Origin: an uncultured Chloroflexia bacterium
GTDB lineage: Bacteria > Chloroflexota > Limnocylindria > Limnocylindrales > CSP1-4
Assembly: GCA_963707215.1 (NCBI GenBank)
Contig: CAVPPB010000001.1
Span: forward strand, 384,001-448,000
Reading direction: 5' to 3'
DNA: 64,000 nt
Part shown: positions 31,691 to 43,268 of the stretch, one piece after another
Position numbering within the stretch: the first letter of the stretch is position 1
Layout of the letters: every line of letters begins with the position of its first letter
The notes under the pieces: generated by a model
The model's input: the letters and a program-made list of their open reading frames with translations, nothing else
What the model was told of the DNA's origin: nothing
Databases searched by the model: none
Program-made: the position numbers and the translations under genes

Positions 31691-32967
31691 AGAAGGTCGT
31701 CCTCGCCTACAGCGGCGGCCTCGACACCTCGGTCGCCGTCGCCTGGCTTCGCGAGCAGTACGGGGTCGAGGTCGTGACCCTCACCGTGGACGTCGGCGGC
31801 GGCTCGCTCCGCCCGGGCGTCGAGGACCGGGCCATGTCCGCCGGCGCGTCCAAGGCCTACGTCGTCGATGCCCGCGACCGGTTCGTCACCGACTTCGCCT
31901 GGCCGCACCTCCAGGCCGAGGGTCTGTACCAGGGCGCCTACCCGCTGGCGACCGCCCTGGCCCGGCCGCTCATCGCCCAGCTCCTCGTCGAGGTCGCCCG
32001 GCTCGAGGGCGCCGACGCGGTCGCCCACGGATGCACCGGCAAGGGCAACGACCAGGTCCGCTTCGACGTCGCGGTCCATGCCCTGGACCCTGGACTGGCT
32101 GTCGTGGCGCCGATGCGGGTCGGCATGGGCCTGACCCGTGACCAGGAGATCGACTACGCGGAGGCCCGCGGCATCGAGATCCCGATCACCAAGCAGTCGC
32201 CCTACTCGATCGACGTCAACCTGTGGGGCCGCTCCTGCGAGACCGGGGTCCTCGAGGACCCCTGGACGACACCGCCGGCCGATGCGTATGAGTGGACGGT
32301 CGCCCCGTCGGACGCGCCCGCCCCGGTCGAGATCGTCGTCGCCTTCGAGGGCGGCATCCCGGTCTCGGTCGACGGCGAGCGGCTGCCACCGGCCGAGCTG
32401 GTCGAGCGGCTCAACACCCTCGGCGGGGCCCACGGCGTCGGCCGGATCGACCACGTCGAGGACCGCCTCGTCGGCATCAAGAGCCGCGAGGTCTACGAGG
32501 CGCCTGCCGCGGCGATCCTCCACACGGCCCACCGCGCGCTCGAGGGCCTCACCCTGACCAAGGACACCCTCCGCTTCAACAGCCTCGTCGCCGACGAGCT
32601 GGCCCGCCTGACCTACGACGGCCTGTGGTTCAGCGCCCTGTCACGGGATCTGCGGGCGTACGCGGCGTCATCGCAGCGGGTCGTCTCGGGCGAGGTCCGG
32701 CTGCGGCTCGACCACGGATCGGCGGTCCTGGCCGGCCGGCGCTCGCCGCTCTCGCTCTACGACAAGGACCTCGCGACGTACGACGAGGGCGACGCCTTCG
32801 ACCACGCCAGCGCGGTCGGGTTCATCGAGATCTTCGGCCTGCCGCTGCGGGTCGAGGCGGCCCGCCACGGCGCCGTCGGAGCCCACCACGGCGCGGCCTG
32901 GGCCTGGACCGACCCGCTCCTCGAGCGTCTCGAGGTGAGCATGACGGAGGCGACACCGACCGGCTGA
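31687..32967 (+). CDS. argG: Argininosuccinate synthase
   Basis: LAYSGGLDTS, HGCTGKGNDQVRF, YSIDVNLWGRSCE, GIKSREVYEAP. Confidence 0.97.
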   Translation: MKKVVLAYSGGLDTSVAVAWLREQYGVEVVTLTVDVGGGSLRPGVEDRAMSAGASKAYVVDARDRFVTDFAWPHLQAEGLYQGAYPLATALARPLIAQLLVEVARLEGADAVAHGCTGKGNDQVRFDVAVHALDPGLAVVAPMRVGMGLTRDQEIDYAEARGIEIPITKQSPYSIDVNLWGRSCETGVLEDPWTTPPADAYEWTVAPSDAPAPVEIVVAFEGGIPVSVDGERLPPAELVERLNTLGGAHGVGRIDHVEDRLVGIKSREVYEAPAAAILHTAHRALEGLTLTKDTLRFNSLVADELARLTYDGLWFSALSRDLRAYAASSQRVVSGEVRLRLDHGSAVLAGRRSPLSLYDKDLATYDEGDAFDHASAVGFIEIFGLPLRVEAARHGAVGAHHGAAWAWTDPLLERLEVSMTEATPTG

Positions 32968-33012
32968 CGGATCGCCGCAGGCTGTTCGACCCCCGACTCG
33001 CGGCCCGACCCC

Positions 33013-34116
33013 CTATCCGACGACGACCGGCAGCTCCTCGGCCCGGATCCGGGCGTAGCCGGGCTTGACGACCTCGTTGATGAGGCGGAGCCGCTCGTCG
33101 AACGGGGCGAAGGCGCTCTTGAGGGCGTTGATCGTCAGCCATTCGAGCTCGCCGAGACCCAGCCCGAAGGCCGTGTCGAGGGCGGCCATCTCGCTCGACA
33201 TGGACACTCCGCTCATCAGCCGGTTGTCGGTGTTGACGGTGACCCGGAAGCGGAGACGTCGGAGCAGGTCGAAGGGGTGGGCCTCGATCGAGGCGGCGGC
33301 CCCGGTGTGGACGTTCGAGGTCGGGCACATCTCGAGCGGCACGCGCCGGTCGCGCACGAGGGCCGCCAGGCGACCGAGGTGGACCGACCCGTCGTCGCGG
33401 ACCTCGACGTCGTCGACGATCCGGACGCCGTGGCCCAGCCGCTCGGCGCCGCACCACTGGAGCGCCTCGGCGATCGACGGGAGCCCGAAGCTCTCGCCGG
33501 CGTGGATCGTGAGATGGAAGTTCTCGTGGCGGACGAGGTCGAACGCCTCCAGGTAGCGGGTCGGCCGGTAGCCTGCCTCGGGGCCGGCCACGTCGAAGCC
33601 GACGACCCCCTGATCCCGCCAGCGGACGGCCAGCTGGGCGATCTCCAGGCTCCGGGCGAACTGGCGCATCGCCGTGATCAGCGTCCGGACCTCGATGGGG
33701 TGGCCGGCGGCGGCGGCCCGCCGCTCGCCCTGGCGGAAACCGGCCTGGACTGCCTCGACGACCTCGTCGAGGGTCAGGCCTCGCTCGACGTGGAGCTCGG
33801 GAGCGAACCGGACCTCGGCGTACACGACGCCGTCGGCGGCGAGGTCCTCGGCGCACTCTGCGGCGACACGCGCCAGGGCGTCCGGTGTCTGCATGACCCC
33901 GACGGTGTGAGCGAAGGTCTCGAGGTAGAGCTCCAGGCTCTTGCGGTCGGCACCCTGGGTGAACCAGCGGGCCAGCTCGTCGACGTCCATCGTCGGCAAC
34001 GCCCCGTAGCCGGTCTCGCGAGCGAGTTCGACGACCGTCGCGGGTCGCAGTCCGCCGTCGAGGTGGTCGTGGAGCAGTGCCTTGGGTGCCCGTCGGATCG
34101 TCTCGAGTGTCAGCAC
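33013..34116 (-). CDS. add: Adenosine deaminase
   Basis: [44 protein letters not shown]. Confidence 0.95.
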   Translation of the reverse strand: MLTLETIRRAPKALLHDHLDGGLRPATVVELARETGYGALPTMDVDELARWFTQGADRKSLELYLETFAHTVGVMQTPDALARVAAECAEDLAADGVVYAEVRFAPELHVERGLTLDEVVEAVQAGFRQGERRAAAAGHPIEVRTLITAMRQFARSLEIAQLAVRWRDQGVVGFDVAGPEAGYRPTRYLEAFDLVRHENFHLTIHAGESFGLPSIAEALQWCGAERLGHGVRIVDDVEVRDDGSVHLGRLAALVRDRRVPLEMCPTSNVHTGAAASIEAHPFDLLRRLRFRVTVNTDNRLMSGVSMSSEMAALDTAFGLGLGELEWLTINALKSAFAPFDERLRLINEVVKPGYARIRAEELPVVVG

Positions 34117-34225
34117 GCCTCGCCCTCCACGGCCGATCGATCCTGCGATCGATCGCGCCGATCGTACCGCGCCGAGACCACCCGTCGACCGCTCGGTACA
34201 CTCGGCGAGCCGGTACGGGAGCACC

Positions 34226-36049
34226 ATGTCCAAGCCGATCGAATCCTACGCCCTGCTCGGTGACACGCACACCGCGGCGCTGGTCGCCCGCGACGGGTCC
34301 GTCGATTGGATGTGCGCGCCGCGCTTCGACTCGCCGGCCTTCTTCGCCGCCCTCCTGGGGACGGCCGACCACGGTCGCTGGCAGCTCGCGCCCGTCGAGC
34401 CGTCCACCTCCACCGAGCGCCGCTATCGAGGGGACAGCCTGGTCCTCGAGACGGAGATGACGACGGACTCGGGTACGGTCCGGATCGTCGATTGCCTCGT
34501 CCCCGGACGGGCGACGCCCCACCTCGTGCGTGTCGTCGAGGGCATGCGCGGCTCGGTCCGGTGCCGCTCCGAGCTCATCCTGCGCTTCGACTACGGCTCG
34601 GTCGTCCCATGGGTCCGGCAGCTCGACGGCCGGCTTCACGCTGTGGCCGGACCCGACGCGATCGTCCTCGACACACCTGTCGAGACCCACGGCGAGGACC
34701 GGGCCACGGTCGCCGAGTTCACCGTCGGCGAGGGTGACCGTGTCCCGTTCGTGCTGGGCTGGCACGCGTCGCACCATCACGCCCCCCGGCCGCTCGAGGC
34801 GGCCGAGGCGATCGAGCAGACCACCGAGTGGTGGGCGTCCTGGTCCGCCAAGTGCACCTACGAAGGACCATGGAGTGCCGCGGTACGCGGTTCCTTCACG
34901 GTGTTGAAGGCGCTCACGTACGGCCCCACCGGCGGTCTCGTCGCTGCCGCCACGACGTCGCTCCCGGAGCAGCTCGGCGGGGTCCGCAACTGGGACTATC
35001 GCTACTGCTGGCTTCGCGATGCGACCTTCGCGCTGTACGCCCTCGTCCTCGGCGGGCACCGGGACGAGGCAAAGGCCTGGCGCGACTGGCTCGTTCGAGC
35101 CGTCGCCGGTGATCCGGATCGGGTCCAGATCATGTACGGGCTGGCGGGCGAGCGTCGACTGCCCGAGCTCACGCTCGAGTGGCTGCCCGGGTACGCGGAT
35201 TCGCGGCCCGTCCGGATCGGCAACGGTGCCGTCCGCCAGGTCCAGCTCGACGTCATCGGCGAGATCCTTGATGCCGGACACGTGGCTCGACGGGCCGGCA
35301 TCCCGCCTGACCCCGTCGCCTGGGCGATGCAGCGGCACCTGCTGGGCTACCTCGAGGAGCACTGGCGAGATCCGGACGATGGCCTCTGGGAGGTCCGCGG
35401 CGGCGGTCGCCGCTATACCCATTCGGGAGTCATGTCGTGGGTCGCCTACGACCGGGCCGTCAAGGCCGTGGAGCGGTTCGGGCTGCCGACGACGGTCCCG
35501 GTCGAGCGTCTCCGGGCGATCCGCGACGCCATCCATGCCGAGGTCTGCGACTTCGGATTCGATCCCGAGCGCGGCTCCTTCGTCCAGGCGGCCGGCTCCA
35601 GGGCGCTCGATGCCAGCCTGCTGCTCATCCCGCTGGTCGGCTTCCTGCCCGCCGGCGATCCGAGGGTCCGAGCGACGATCGAGGCGATCGAGCGGGAGCT
35701 CACGGTCGACGGCTTCGTGATGCGCTACCTCCACGACGAGGCCCCCGATGGCCTGCCACCCGGCGAGGCCACCTTCCTGGTCTGCTCCTTCTGGATGGTC
35801 GACTGCCTGAGCCTGGTCGGGCGGACCACGGACGCCCGGCAACGCTTCGAGCGGCTCCTGGCGGTGCGCAACGACGTCGGCCTCTATGCGGAGGAGTACG
35901 ACCCCCGGGCGGCGCGGATGCTCGGCAACTTCCCGCAGGCCTTCAGCCACGTCGGGCTCGTCAACTCGGCCTTCAACCTGGCCGGTCTCCACGGCCCGGC
36001 GGAGCATCGTGCCGAGCGGCCCGGGCAGGGGGAGGCTCGACGGGTCTAG
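34226..36049 (+). CDS. Glycoside hydrolase family 15 (trehalase/glucoamylase-like)
   Basis: [52 protein letters not shown]. Confidence 0.94.
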   Translation: MSKPIESYALLGDTHTAALVARDGSVDWMCAPRFDSPAFFAALLGTADHGRWQLAPVEPSTSTERRYRGDSLVLETEMTTDSGTVRIVDCLVPGRATPHLVRVVEGMRGSVRCRSELILRFDYGSVVPWVRQLDGRLHAVAGPDAIVLDTPVETHGEDRATVAEFTVGEGDRVPFVLGWHASHHHAPRPLEAAEAIEQTTEWWASWSAKCTYEGPWSAAVRGSFTVLKALTYGPTGGLVAAATTSLPEQLGGVRNWDYRYCWLRDATFALYALVLGGHRDEAKAWRDWLVRAVAGDPDRVQIMYGLAGERRLPELTLEWLPGYADSRPVRIGNGAVRQVQLDVIGEILDAGHVARRAGIPPDPVAWAMQRHLLGYLEEHWRDPDDGLWEVRGGGRRYTHSGVMSWVAYDRAVKAVERFGLPTTVPVERLRAIRDAIHAEVCDFGFDPERGSFVQAAGSRALDASLLLIPLVGFLPAGDPRVRATIEAIERELTVDGFVMRYLHDEAPDGLPPGEATFLVCSFWMVDCLSLVGRTTDARQRFERLLAVRNDVGLYAEEYDPRAARMLGNFPQAFSHVGLVNSAFNLAGLHGPAEHRAERPGQGEARRV

Positions 36050-37500
36050 CCCTCGCCGGCCTCCCGGCCCAGGCGTTGGCGGGCTGCGGCCAGGGCCGCC
36101 CGGACCCGCTCGGGCGCGGTGCCGCCGACGACGTCGCACGTCGCCACGGCCGCCTCCAGGGTGGCCCCCGCCCGGAGCTCCGCGCCGATCCCAGGGGCCG
36201 TCGCCAACTTCGCCGCGGCGGGATCGCCGCTACCGGTGAGGACGAGTTCGACGAGGGCGTCGGGGATCTCGTCCAGGCCGAGGCCTGCCTCCTCGGCATG
36301 GGCGACGAGCGAGCCGACGACATGGTGGGCGGCCCGGAACGGCACGCCCCGCCGAGCGAGCGCGTCGGCCACGGCGGTGGCCGTCGTGTAGCCCTCGGCT
36401 GCCGCCTCGCGCATCCGGGCTCGGTCGACGGTGACCGTCGCCACGAGACCGGCCATCACCGCCAGTGAGGCCTCGAGCGTCGCGACGGCCGCGAAGAGCG
36501 GCGCCTTGTCCTCCTGCAGATCGCGCTGATAGGCCAGCGGGAGGCCCTTGAGCAACCCCAGCGTCCCGGCCAGGCCCCCGGCGACGGTGGCGGCGCGCCC
36601 GCGGACCAGCTCCGCCGGGTCCGGGTTCCGCTTGTTGGGCATCATCGAGGAGCCCGTCGAGAAGGCGTCGGCGACCCGGATGAAGCCGAACCGCGGGTTC
36701 GACCACCAGGTGACCTCCTCGGCGAGCCGCGAGAGGTGGGTCATCGCGAGGGCGCAGGCCGCGACGATCTCCACGACGAAGTCGCGGTCCGCCACGGCGT
36801 CGAGCGAGTTGGCAGTCACCCCGTCGAACCCGAGCTCGTCGGCGACCGCCTCCCGGTCGATCGGGAAGCCGGCCCCCGCGAGCGCCCCCGACCCGAGCGG
36901 GCTCAGGTTGAGGCGGCCGCGAGCGTCGGCCAGGCGGCCCCGGTCGCGCTCGAGCATCTCGACATAGGCCAGGAGATGGTGGGCCAGCAGGACGGGCTGG
37001 GCGGGCTGGATGTGGGTGGTTCCCGGCAGGATCGCCTCGCCGTCGCGCTCGGCCAGCCCCACGAGGGCCGCTTCGAGCCCGACGATCGTCCGGTCGAGCC
37101 GGTCGCAGGCGCGCCGCGCCCAGAGGCGCAGGTCGGTCGCGACCTGGTCGTTGCGGGAGCGTCCCGTGTGGAGCTTGCCGGCGACCGGGCCGATCCGCTC
37201 GTGCAGGGCAGCCTCGAGGTTGAGGTGGACGTCCTCGAGCTCCGGGTCCAGCTCCAGCGACCCGTCGACGACCTCGCGGCGAAGGGCCTCGAGGCCCCCG
37301 ACGAGGGTCTCCACCTCGGCGGGCTCGAGGAGCCCGGCCCGTCCGAGCCCGCGGACATGGGCGATGGAGCCGACCAGGTCGTCCTCCGCCAGGGCAGCAT
37401 CGATCTCGGTCGACCGGGTGAACGCGATGACCGACGGGTCGTTGGGCTCGCGGAAGCGGCCACCCCAGAGTCTCATCGGACGCCTCCGCTCATCGTGCAC
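36046..37500 (-). CDS. argH: Argininosuccinate lyase
   Basis: LWGGRF, KLHTGRSRNDQV, PGTTHIQPAQP, STGSSMMPNKRNPD, YQRDLQEDK (start may be ATG at 37476). Confidence 0.96.
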   Translation of the reverse strand: MHDERRRPMRLWGGRFREPNDPSVIAFTRSTEIDAALAEDDLVGSIAHVRGLGRAGLLEPAEVETLVGGLEALRREVVDGSLELDPELEDVHLNLEAALHERIGPVAGKLHTGRSRNDQVATDLRLWARRACDRLDRTIVGLEAALVGLAERDGEAILPGTTHIQPAQPVLLAHHLLAYVEMLERDRGRLADARGRLNLSPLGSGALAGAGFPIDREAVADELGFDGVTANSLDAVADRDFVVEIVAACALAMTHLSRLAEEVTWWSNPRFGFIRVADAFSTGSSMMPNKRNPDPAELVRGRAATVAGGLAGTLGLLKGLPLAYQRDLQEDKAPLFAAVATLEASLAVMAGLVATVTVDRARMREAAAEGYTTATAVADALARRGVPFRAAHHVVGSLVAHAEEAGLGLDEIPDALVELVLTGSGDPAAAKLATAPGIGAELRAGATLEAAVATCDVVGGTAPERVRAALAAARQRLGREAGEG

Positions 37501-37506
37501 CTCCGC

Positions 37507-39006
37507 TCATGGGGTCACCCAGCCTTTCGAGCGCTCGACGGCCCGGTGCCAGTCGTCGAGCAGCCGGCGCCGCCCCGCGGCGGCCATCCGCGGCTCGAAT
37601 CGTCGGTCCAGCCGCCAGGTGGCTGCCAGCTCATCCGTCCCGTCCCAGAAGCCCACCGCCAGGCCGGCCAGGAAGGCGGCCCCGAGGGCCGTCGTCTCCG
37701 TCACCACGGGTCGCTCGACCGGGACCTCGAGCAGGTCAGCCTGGAGCTGCAGGAGCGCATCGTTGCGGGCGGCGCCCCCGTCGACCCGCAGCTCGGCCAA
37801 CCGGGAGCCTGTGTCGGCCTCCATCGCCTCGAGTACGTCGGCGACCTGGAGGGCGATCGAGTCGACCGTGGCCCGGGCGATCTCGGCCAGGCCGGTCCCA
37901 CGGGTCAGCCCGATGAGCAGCCCGCGGGCACCGGGGTCCCAGTGCGGCGCTCCCAGGCCGGTGAAGGCCGGCACGAGCACGACGCGGTCACGGGCGCCAG
38001 CGGCCAGTGCCTCGACCTCGTCCGAGGACCGGATCGCCCCAAGGCCGTCGCGGAGCCACTGGACGGCGGCCCCCGCGATGAACACCGAGCCCTCGAGGGC
38101 ATAGGCGGGCGGGGCGCCCGGTCCGAGCTGCCAGAGGACCGTCGTCACGAGGCCGCTACCCGACGGCACGGGCTGGTCGCCGACGTTGCGGAGCGTGAAG
38201 GCGCCAGTGCCGTAGGTGTTCTTCGCCATCCCCGGCGCCAGGCAGGCCTGGCCGAACGTCGCTGCCTGCTGGTCGCCCGCGATCCCGGCGATGGGGATGG
38301 AGCGCCCGAGCCAGCTGGGATCCGTCTCCGCGTAGACCTCCGAGGATGAGCGCACCTCGGGCAGGACCGCCAGCGGGACGCCGACGAGGTCGGCCAGCTC
38401 CGGATCCCAGCTCATGGCCCGCAGGTCCAGGAGGAGGGTCCGGCTGGCGTTCGACACGTCGGTCGCGTGGATCCGCCCGCAGGTCAGCCGCCAGAGGAGG
38501 AACGAGTCGACGGTCCCGGCGGCGAGTTCACCGGCCTCGGCCCGCGCTCGGGCGCCGGGCACGCTGTCGAGGATCTCGGCGATCTTCGGACCGGCGAAGT
38601 AGGCATCGAGCGGCAGGCCGGTGCGCTCCCGGAAGGCAGACTCATGCCCGGCCGCCCGGAGGGCCTCGCAACGCGGGGCCGTGATCCGGCTCTGCCAGAC
38701 GATCGCGTCGGCGATCGGGTCCCCGGTGGCCCGGTCCCAGACGATCGTCGTCTCGCGCTGGTTGGTCAGCCCGATCCCCGCCACGTCGGCGGCCCCGGCG
38801 CCGGCCCGGGCGATCGCCTCCCGTGCCGTCGCGAGCTGGGTCGACCAGATGTCGGCAGGGTCGTGGGTGACGTGACCGGGCGTCGGGTAGTGCTGGGGGA
38901 ACTCCTGCTGGGCGGTGGCGACCGGTCGACCCGACCGATCGAAGAGGATCGCCCGCGACGACGTCGTGCCCTGGTCGAGAGCCAGGACGAACCGCGGCTC
39001 GGTCAT
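37507..39006 (-). CDS. glpK: Glycerol kinase
   Basis: [50 protein letters not shown]. Confidence 0.96.
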   Translation of the reverse strand: MTEPRFVLALDQGTTSSRAILFDRSGRPVATAQQEFPQHYPTPGHVTHDPADIWSTQLATAREAIARAGAGAADVAGIGLTNQRETTIVWDRATGDPIADAIVWQSRITAPRCEALRAAGHESAFRERTGLPLDAYFAGPKIAEILDSVPGARARAEAGELAAGTVDSFLLWRLTCGRIHATDVSNASRTLLLDLRAMSWDPELADLVGVPLAVLPEVRSSSEVYAETDPSWLGRSIPIAGIAGDQQAATFGQACLAPGMAKNTYGTGAFTLRNVGDQPVPSGSGLVTTVLWQLGPGAPPAYALEGSVFIAGAAVQWLRDGLGAIRSSDEVEALAAGARDRVVLVPAFTGLGAPHWDPGARGLLIGLTRGTGLAEIARATVDSIALQVADVLEAMEADTGSRLAELRVDGGAARNDALLQLQADLLEVPVERPVVTETTALGAAFLAGLAVGFWDGTDELAATWRLDRRFEPRMAAAGRRRLLDDWHRAVERSKGWVTP

Positions 39007-40769
39007 CGCCCGGCCACCAGCTCGGACCCGGGGTCGACCGGAACCACGGTCGACCCCACGACGGACGCTGAGCTCGCGCCGGCCCCGGCTGACGCCACCC
39101 CGGGTGACGCGGGGGTGCCGATCGGGTCCGTCGGCCCGCCGGGGACGTCGTACTCCCGTCGCGCCGTCGCCAGGTAGGACTCGACCTCGGCCCGCTGGCG
39201 ATCCTCGTCCCAGCCGAGCTCGCCACCGAGGATGGCGGCGACCCGCGGGGCGATCGAGGCGCCGCGGTCGGGCAGGCTCGTTGAGAGGCGCATCCGTCGC
39301 GACAGGACGTCGTCGAGCGACAGGGCCAGCTCCTGGCGGGCCGCCCAGCTCACCTCGGCCTCGAGCTGGTGGGTCCCCGGGCCGAGGGTGGCCGGGTGGC
39401 CGGGTGAAGATGTCAGCCCGACGACGTCACGCGCCTCGGTGCCGTGGCGGGCGACGAGCCGCTTCGCGACCTCCGGGTCGAGCCCCTCGCCAGCCGCCAG
39501 TTCGTCGGCCAGACCGGCAAGCGCGCGGCGATCGGCGGCACCGACCAGGAGCAGCTGTGACGTCGCCGAGGGGTGCGTCCGGGCCTCGTCGCCCAGCGCC
39601 GCGTCGACCGCGTCTCGGGCCATGATCCGGTAGGTCGTGTACTTGCCGCCGCCGATCCGGACGAGCCCCGACCGCTCGACCCTGACGCGGTGCTCCCGAC
39701 TCACCTTGACGGTGGAGCGGTCGCCGCCGTCGCCGACGAGGGGACGGATCCCGGTGAACGCACCGACGACCTCGTCGAGACGCAGATCGACGTCAAGGGT
39801 GGCGTTCACAGCGTCGAGGATGCGGCGGACCTCGTGCCCGGTGGGCGCCGGGCGGTCGGGGGGGCCGGGGTCGGGCTCGTCGGTCGTCCCGATGAGCCAG
39901 GCGTCCGGCCAGGGCACCACGAAGACCACCCTCCCGGCAACCCGGATCGTCATCCCGGTCCGGAGCGGCAGGCGGTCCCGCCGGACGACGAGATGCGAGC
40001 CTCGGCTGGGAACCATCCGGACGGGAGCCCTGCCGAACGGATCGTCCGTCCGCGACGACCAGACGCCGGTCGCGGCCACGACGTGCCTGGCCCGGACCTC
40101 GAAGTCGACCCCCGCGAGCACATCCCGGACACGGACCCCGCCGACCCGGCCGGCATCGTCGAGGAGAAGTCCGGTGGCCTCGGTCCGCGTCGTGGCGACG
40201 GCCCCGAGCGTCACCGCCGTCCGGGCGAGCGCGACGACGAAGCGGGCGTCGTCCTCGGTGCCGTCGTGGTAGACGATCCCTCCCCGGAGCCCGTCACGGC
40301 GAAGGACCGGGGCCAGATCGAGGGTGGCGTCGACGTCGAGATGCCGCGCCCGTCCGCCGTCGCGGGCCGCCCCGAGCAGGTCGTAGAGGGCGATGCCGCT
40401 CCCGTAGACGAGCCTCGTGACGCCGGGCGGGCCGTAGAGCGGGAAGAGGAACGGCTCGAGGGTCACCAGGTGTGGCGCCAGGCGGAGCAGCCGCGATCGC
40501 TCGGCCAGGGCCTCGCGGACCAGGCCGACGTGGAGCCGCTCCAGGTAGCGGAGCCCGCCGTGGATCAGCCGCGACGATCGCGACGACGTCCCCACGGCCA
40601 GGTCGTCGCGCTCGACCAGGGCGGCCCGCAGGCCGCGCGACGCGGCGTCGAGCAGGATGCCGGCGCCGGTGACGCCGCCGCCCACGACGACGAGGTCCCA
40701 TGGCTCATCGGCGAGCCGGCGGAGGTCGCGGACTCGTCGTTCGAGCGGTCGGTCGGGCGGGCGCTCCAC
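39003..40769 (-). CDS. glpD: FAD-dependent glycerol-3-phosphate dehydrogenase
   Basis: [41 protein letters not shown]. Confidence 0.95.
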   Translation of the reverse strand: MERPPDRPLERRVRDLRRLADEPWDLVVVGGGVTGAGILLDAASRGLRAALVERDDLAVGTSSRSSRLIHGGLRYLERLHVGLVREALAERSRLLRLAPHLVTLEPFLFPLYGPPGVTRLVYGSGIALYDLLGAARDGGRARHLDVDATLDLAPVLRRDGLRGGIVYHDGTEDDARFVVALARTAVTLGAVATTRTEATGLLLDDAGRVGGVRVRDVLAGVDFEVRARHVVAATGVWSSRTDDPFGRAPVRMVPSRGSHLVVRRDRLPLRTGMTIRVAGRVVFVVPWPDAWLIGTTDEPDPGPPDRPAPTGHEVRRILDAVNATLDVDLRLDEVVGAFTGIRPLVGDGGDRSTVKVSREHRVRVERSGLVRIGGGKYTTYRIMARDAVDAALGDEARTHPSATSQLLLVGAADRRALAGLADELAAGEGLDPEVAKRLVARHGTEARDVVGLTSSPGHPATLGPGTHQLEAEVSWAARQELALSLDDVLSRRMRLSTSLPDRGASIAPRVAAILGGELGWDEDRQRAEVESYLATARREYDVPGGPTDPIGTPASPGVASAGAGASSASVVGSTVVPVDPGSELVAGR

Positions 40770-40866
40770 GTCCGAGAGTGTCGCAGATGTCGGCGCCTCC
40801 GGGCGTCGACCGATCCGGCGATGCGGGCGGTGAGCCGAGCCCCCGGACCCGGCGAGGGCGGGGCGG

Positions 40867-42087
40867 CTAGGCCGTCGCGCCCCCCTCGCTCGGGCCTTCC
40901 GGCCACTCCGGCCGGGGCTCCCGGCGACGGGGCATCGCCGCCCAGCCGACGAGCGCCGCGGCGGCGGTCGCCACCGATGCCGCCGCGAAGAACGGCGCCG
41001 TCCCGGCGGCCTGGATGACGATCCCGCCGACCAGGTTGGCGAGGATGGCCGCCAGACCGAAGGCGGTCGTCTGGTAGAGGCCCTGGCCGGTCCCCTGGAG
41101 CCGATCCGGCAGGAGTCGCTGCATGGTCAGGACGGCGGTGATCCAGATGCCGGCGAAGGCGAGGCCGCTGGGGATCCGCGTCAGGACGATCCAGAGGGGA
41201 TCGGCCAGGAACGCCCAGCTCAGGACGCAGAGCGCGTAGACGACGGCACAGCCGACGAAGAGGGTCCGGATGCCGAGCCGCGGCACGAGTCGTCCGGCCA
41301 CCAGCATCCCCGGGATCTCGGCCAGCGCCGACAGGCCGACGCTGAGCGCGACTGCCGACGGTCCGCCGCCAAGCTCGACCAGGCGCAGCCCAAGGAAGGT
41401 GAAGCCGCCGAGCACGCCAACGTGGACCAGGAGGATCGCCAGCAGGACCAGCGGCAGTCGCGGCTGCACCGCGAAGGCGACCCGAAAGGAGCCGCCCCGC
41501 CCGTGGGACGAGCCGTAGCGGGACAGCTCGGCCCGTGGGCGGTCCGGGATGCCGCCGGCGACGACGGCCATCACCACGGCCCCCAGCGAATAGAGGAGCG
41601 AGGCCGGACCGTATCCGGCGACGTCGTAGAGGAAGCCCACTGCGACGGCGGCTGCGGCGAACCCCAGGCTCGTCAGGAGCCGGATCGGCGGGTACTGGCG
41701 CTCGGGGTCCTCGAGCGCGTTGACGGCGACCGCATCGGCCAGCGGCCCGATGGCCGATTCGGTCCCTGCCCAGCAGAGGTAGAGCGCCGCGAGGAGGATC
41801 GGCGGCCATGGCAGGCCGAACGCGATGAGCGCCACGCCGGACAGCAGCGCCGCGACCCGCAGGGCTCCCGAGCGTCCGAGTCTGACGTCGGCGAGGTGGC
41901 CCCAACCGGGCACCGACGCGGCGAAGACGAGGCTGGCGGCCGCCGTGACCACCCCGATCACGGCCGGCGCGAAGCCCCGGTCGTCAAGGATGACCGCGAC
42001 GAACGGGAAGAAGGTCGCCAGGGCCAGGCCGTAGACGAGGAAGAAGATCCGGATGGCGCGCACGAGGACCCATCGTAGGGTCCGCAC
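40867..42087 (-). CDS. MFS transporter
   Basis: About 12 TM helices, WGHLADVRLGR motif A-like, LPDRLQGTGQG. Confidence 0.85.
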   Translation of the reverse strand: MRTLRWVLVRAIRIFFLVYGLALATFFPFVAVILDDRGFAPAVIGVVTAAASLVFAASVPGWGHLADVRLGRSGALRVAALLSGVALIAFGLPWPPILLAALYLCWAGTESAIGPLADAVAVNALEDPERQYPPIRLLTSLGFAAAAVAVGFLYDVAGYGPASLLYSLGAVVMAVVAGGIPDRPRAELSRYGSSHGRGGSFRVAFAVQPRLPLVLLAILLVHVGVLGGFTFLGLRLVELGGGPSAVALSVGLSALAEIPGMLVAGRLVPRLGIRTLFVGCAVVYALCVLSWAFLADPLWIVLTRIPSGLAFAGIWITAVLTMQRLLPDRLQGTGQGLYQTTAFGLAAILANLVGGIVIQAAGTAPFFAAASVATAAAALVGWAAMPRRREPRPEWPEGPSEGGATA

Positions 42088-42242
42088 CGGGTCCCCGGGC
42101 GGCCGCGGTGCGAGCCGACCGAGGTGCCACGTCGGGTCGCGCCGCCCCGACGTTCCTGCCAGACTGCACCGACCGTGGACAGCCTCCCTGCCGGTCCGTC
42201 CGCTCCCCGACCTCGCCACGACGCCCGCCGGAGGTAGGCGCG

Positions 42243-43250
42243 ATGCAGGCGACCAGCCCGGGTTCGCGCGTCGACTGGGTCCTCTTCGGGCTGCTCGGGC
42301 TGTTCTGGGGCAGCAGCTACCTGTTCATCAAGATCGGGGTCGGCTCGATCACCCCGTTCAGTCTCATCGCCGGCAGGCTGCTGATCGGGGCCCTCATCCT
42401 GGGTATCGTCCTGCTGGCCAGCCGGGTGGAGCTGCCCCGGGAGCGTCGGGTCTACGGCCACCTGGCGGTGATGGCCTGCATCAACATCGCCATCCCGTTC
42501 TTCCTCATCACCTGGGGCGAGCAGTCGATCGACTCGGCCCTGGCGGCCATCCTCAACTCGACCGTTCCGCTCTTCACCATCGGGCTGGCGGCCCTCGTCT
42601 TCCCTGCCGAGGCCATCACCACCAACCGCCTGGCCGGGCTCATCGTCGGGTTCGTCGGGGTCGTCATCGTGGTCGGCCGCGGGACCGGGGTGGACGTCGG
42701 GATCGACGGCCTGGCCGGCGAGCTGGCGCTCATCGGCTCATCGATCTCCTACGCGCTGGGCGTGGTCTACGCACGCCGCTTCGTCCATGGTTTGCGACCG
42801 ATGGTCCCGGCCTTCTTCCAGGTCGCCATCGCCGCCGTGATCACCGGCTCGCTGGCGCTGGCGCTCGAGGCGCCCTGGACCCTCCAGCCCACCCCGGAGG
42901 CGCTCTTCGCGGTCCTCTGGCTCGGCGTCTTCGGCTCGAGCGCCGCGTACCTCATCTTCTTCCGGCTCATCCGCAGCTGGGGTCCGACCCGGACCTCGAT
43001 GGTGGCCTACCTGCTGCCGATCGTGGGCATCGTCCTCGGGGCCATCGTCCTGGGGGAGGTCATCGACGCCCGGATCGCCCTCGGCACCGGCCTGGTCATC
43101 GCCGGCGTCGCCCTGGTCAACTCCCGACGCCGTTCCCGTCAGCTCTACGCACGGGCGGCCACCGAGACCCCGCCGATCCCTCCGGACGCCCTGGCGTCCG
43201 TCGCCGAAGCGACCGACGCTGAGCCCGAGCCCGACCGGCCGACATCCTGA
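42243..43250 (+). CDS. EamA/DMT family transporter
   Basis: FWGSSYLFIK, AAILNSTVPLF, YLLPIVGIVLG..LGE; about 10 TM. Confidence 0.9.
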   Translation: MQATSPGSRVDWVLFGLLGLFWGSSYLFIKIGVGSITPFSLIAGRLLIGALILGIVLLASRVELPRERRVYGHLAVMACINIAIPFFLITWGEQSIDSALAAILNSTVPLFTIGLAALVFPAEAITTNRLAGLIVGFVGVVIVVGRGTGVDVGIDGLAGELALIGSSISYALGVVYARRFVHGLRPMVPAFFQVAIAAVITGSLALALEAPWTLQPTPEALFAVLWLGVFGSSAAYLIFFRLIRSWGPTRTSMVAYLLPIVGIVLGAIVLGEVIDARIALGTGLVIAGVALVNSRRRSRQLYARAATETPPIPPDALASVAEATDAEPEPDRPTS

Positions 43251-43268
43251 CGACCCGGACGCCGCGCC

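Noticed and set aside
32822-36139. 1105-aa minus-strand ORF
   Set aside because: Shadow frame over GH15 and add; Arg/Pro/Gly-rich with no motifs, as expected at very high GC
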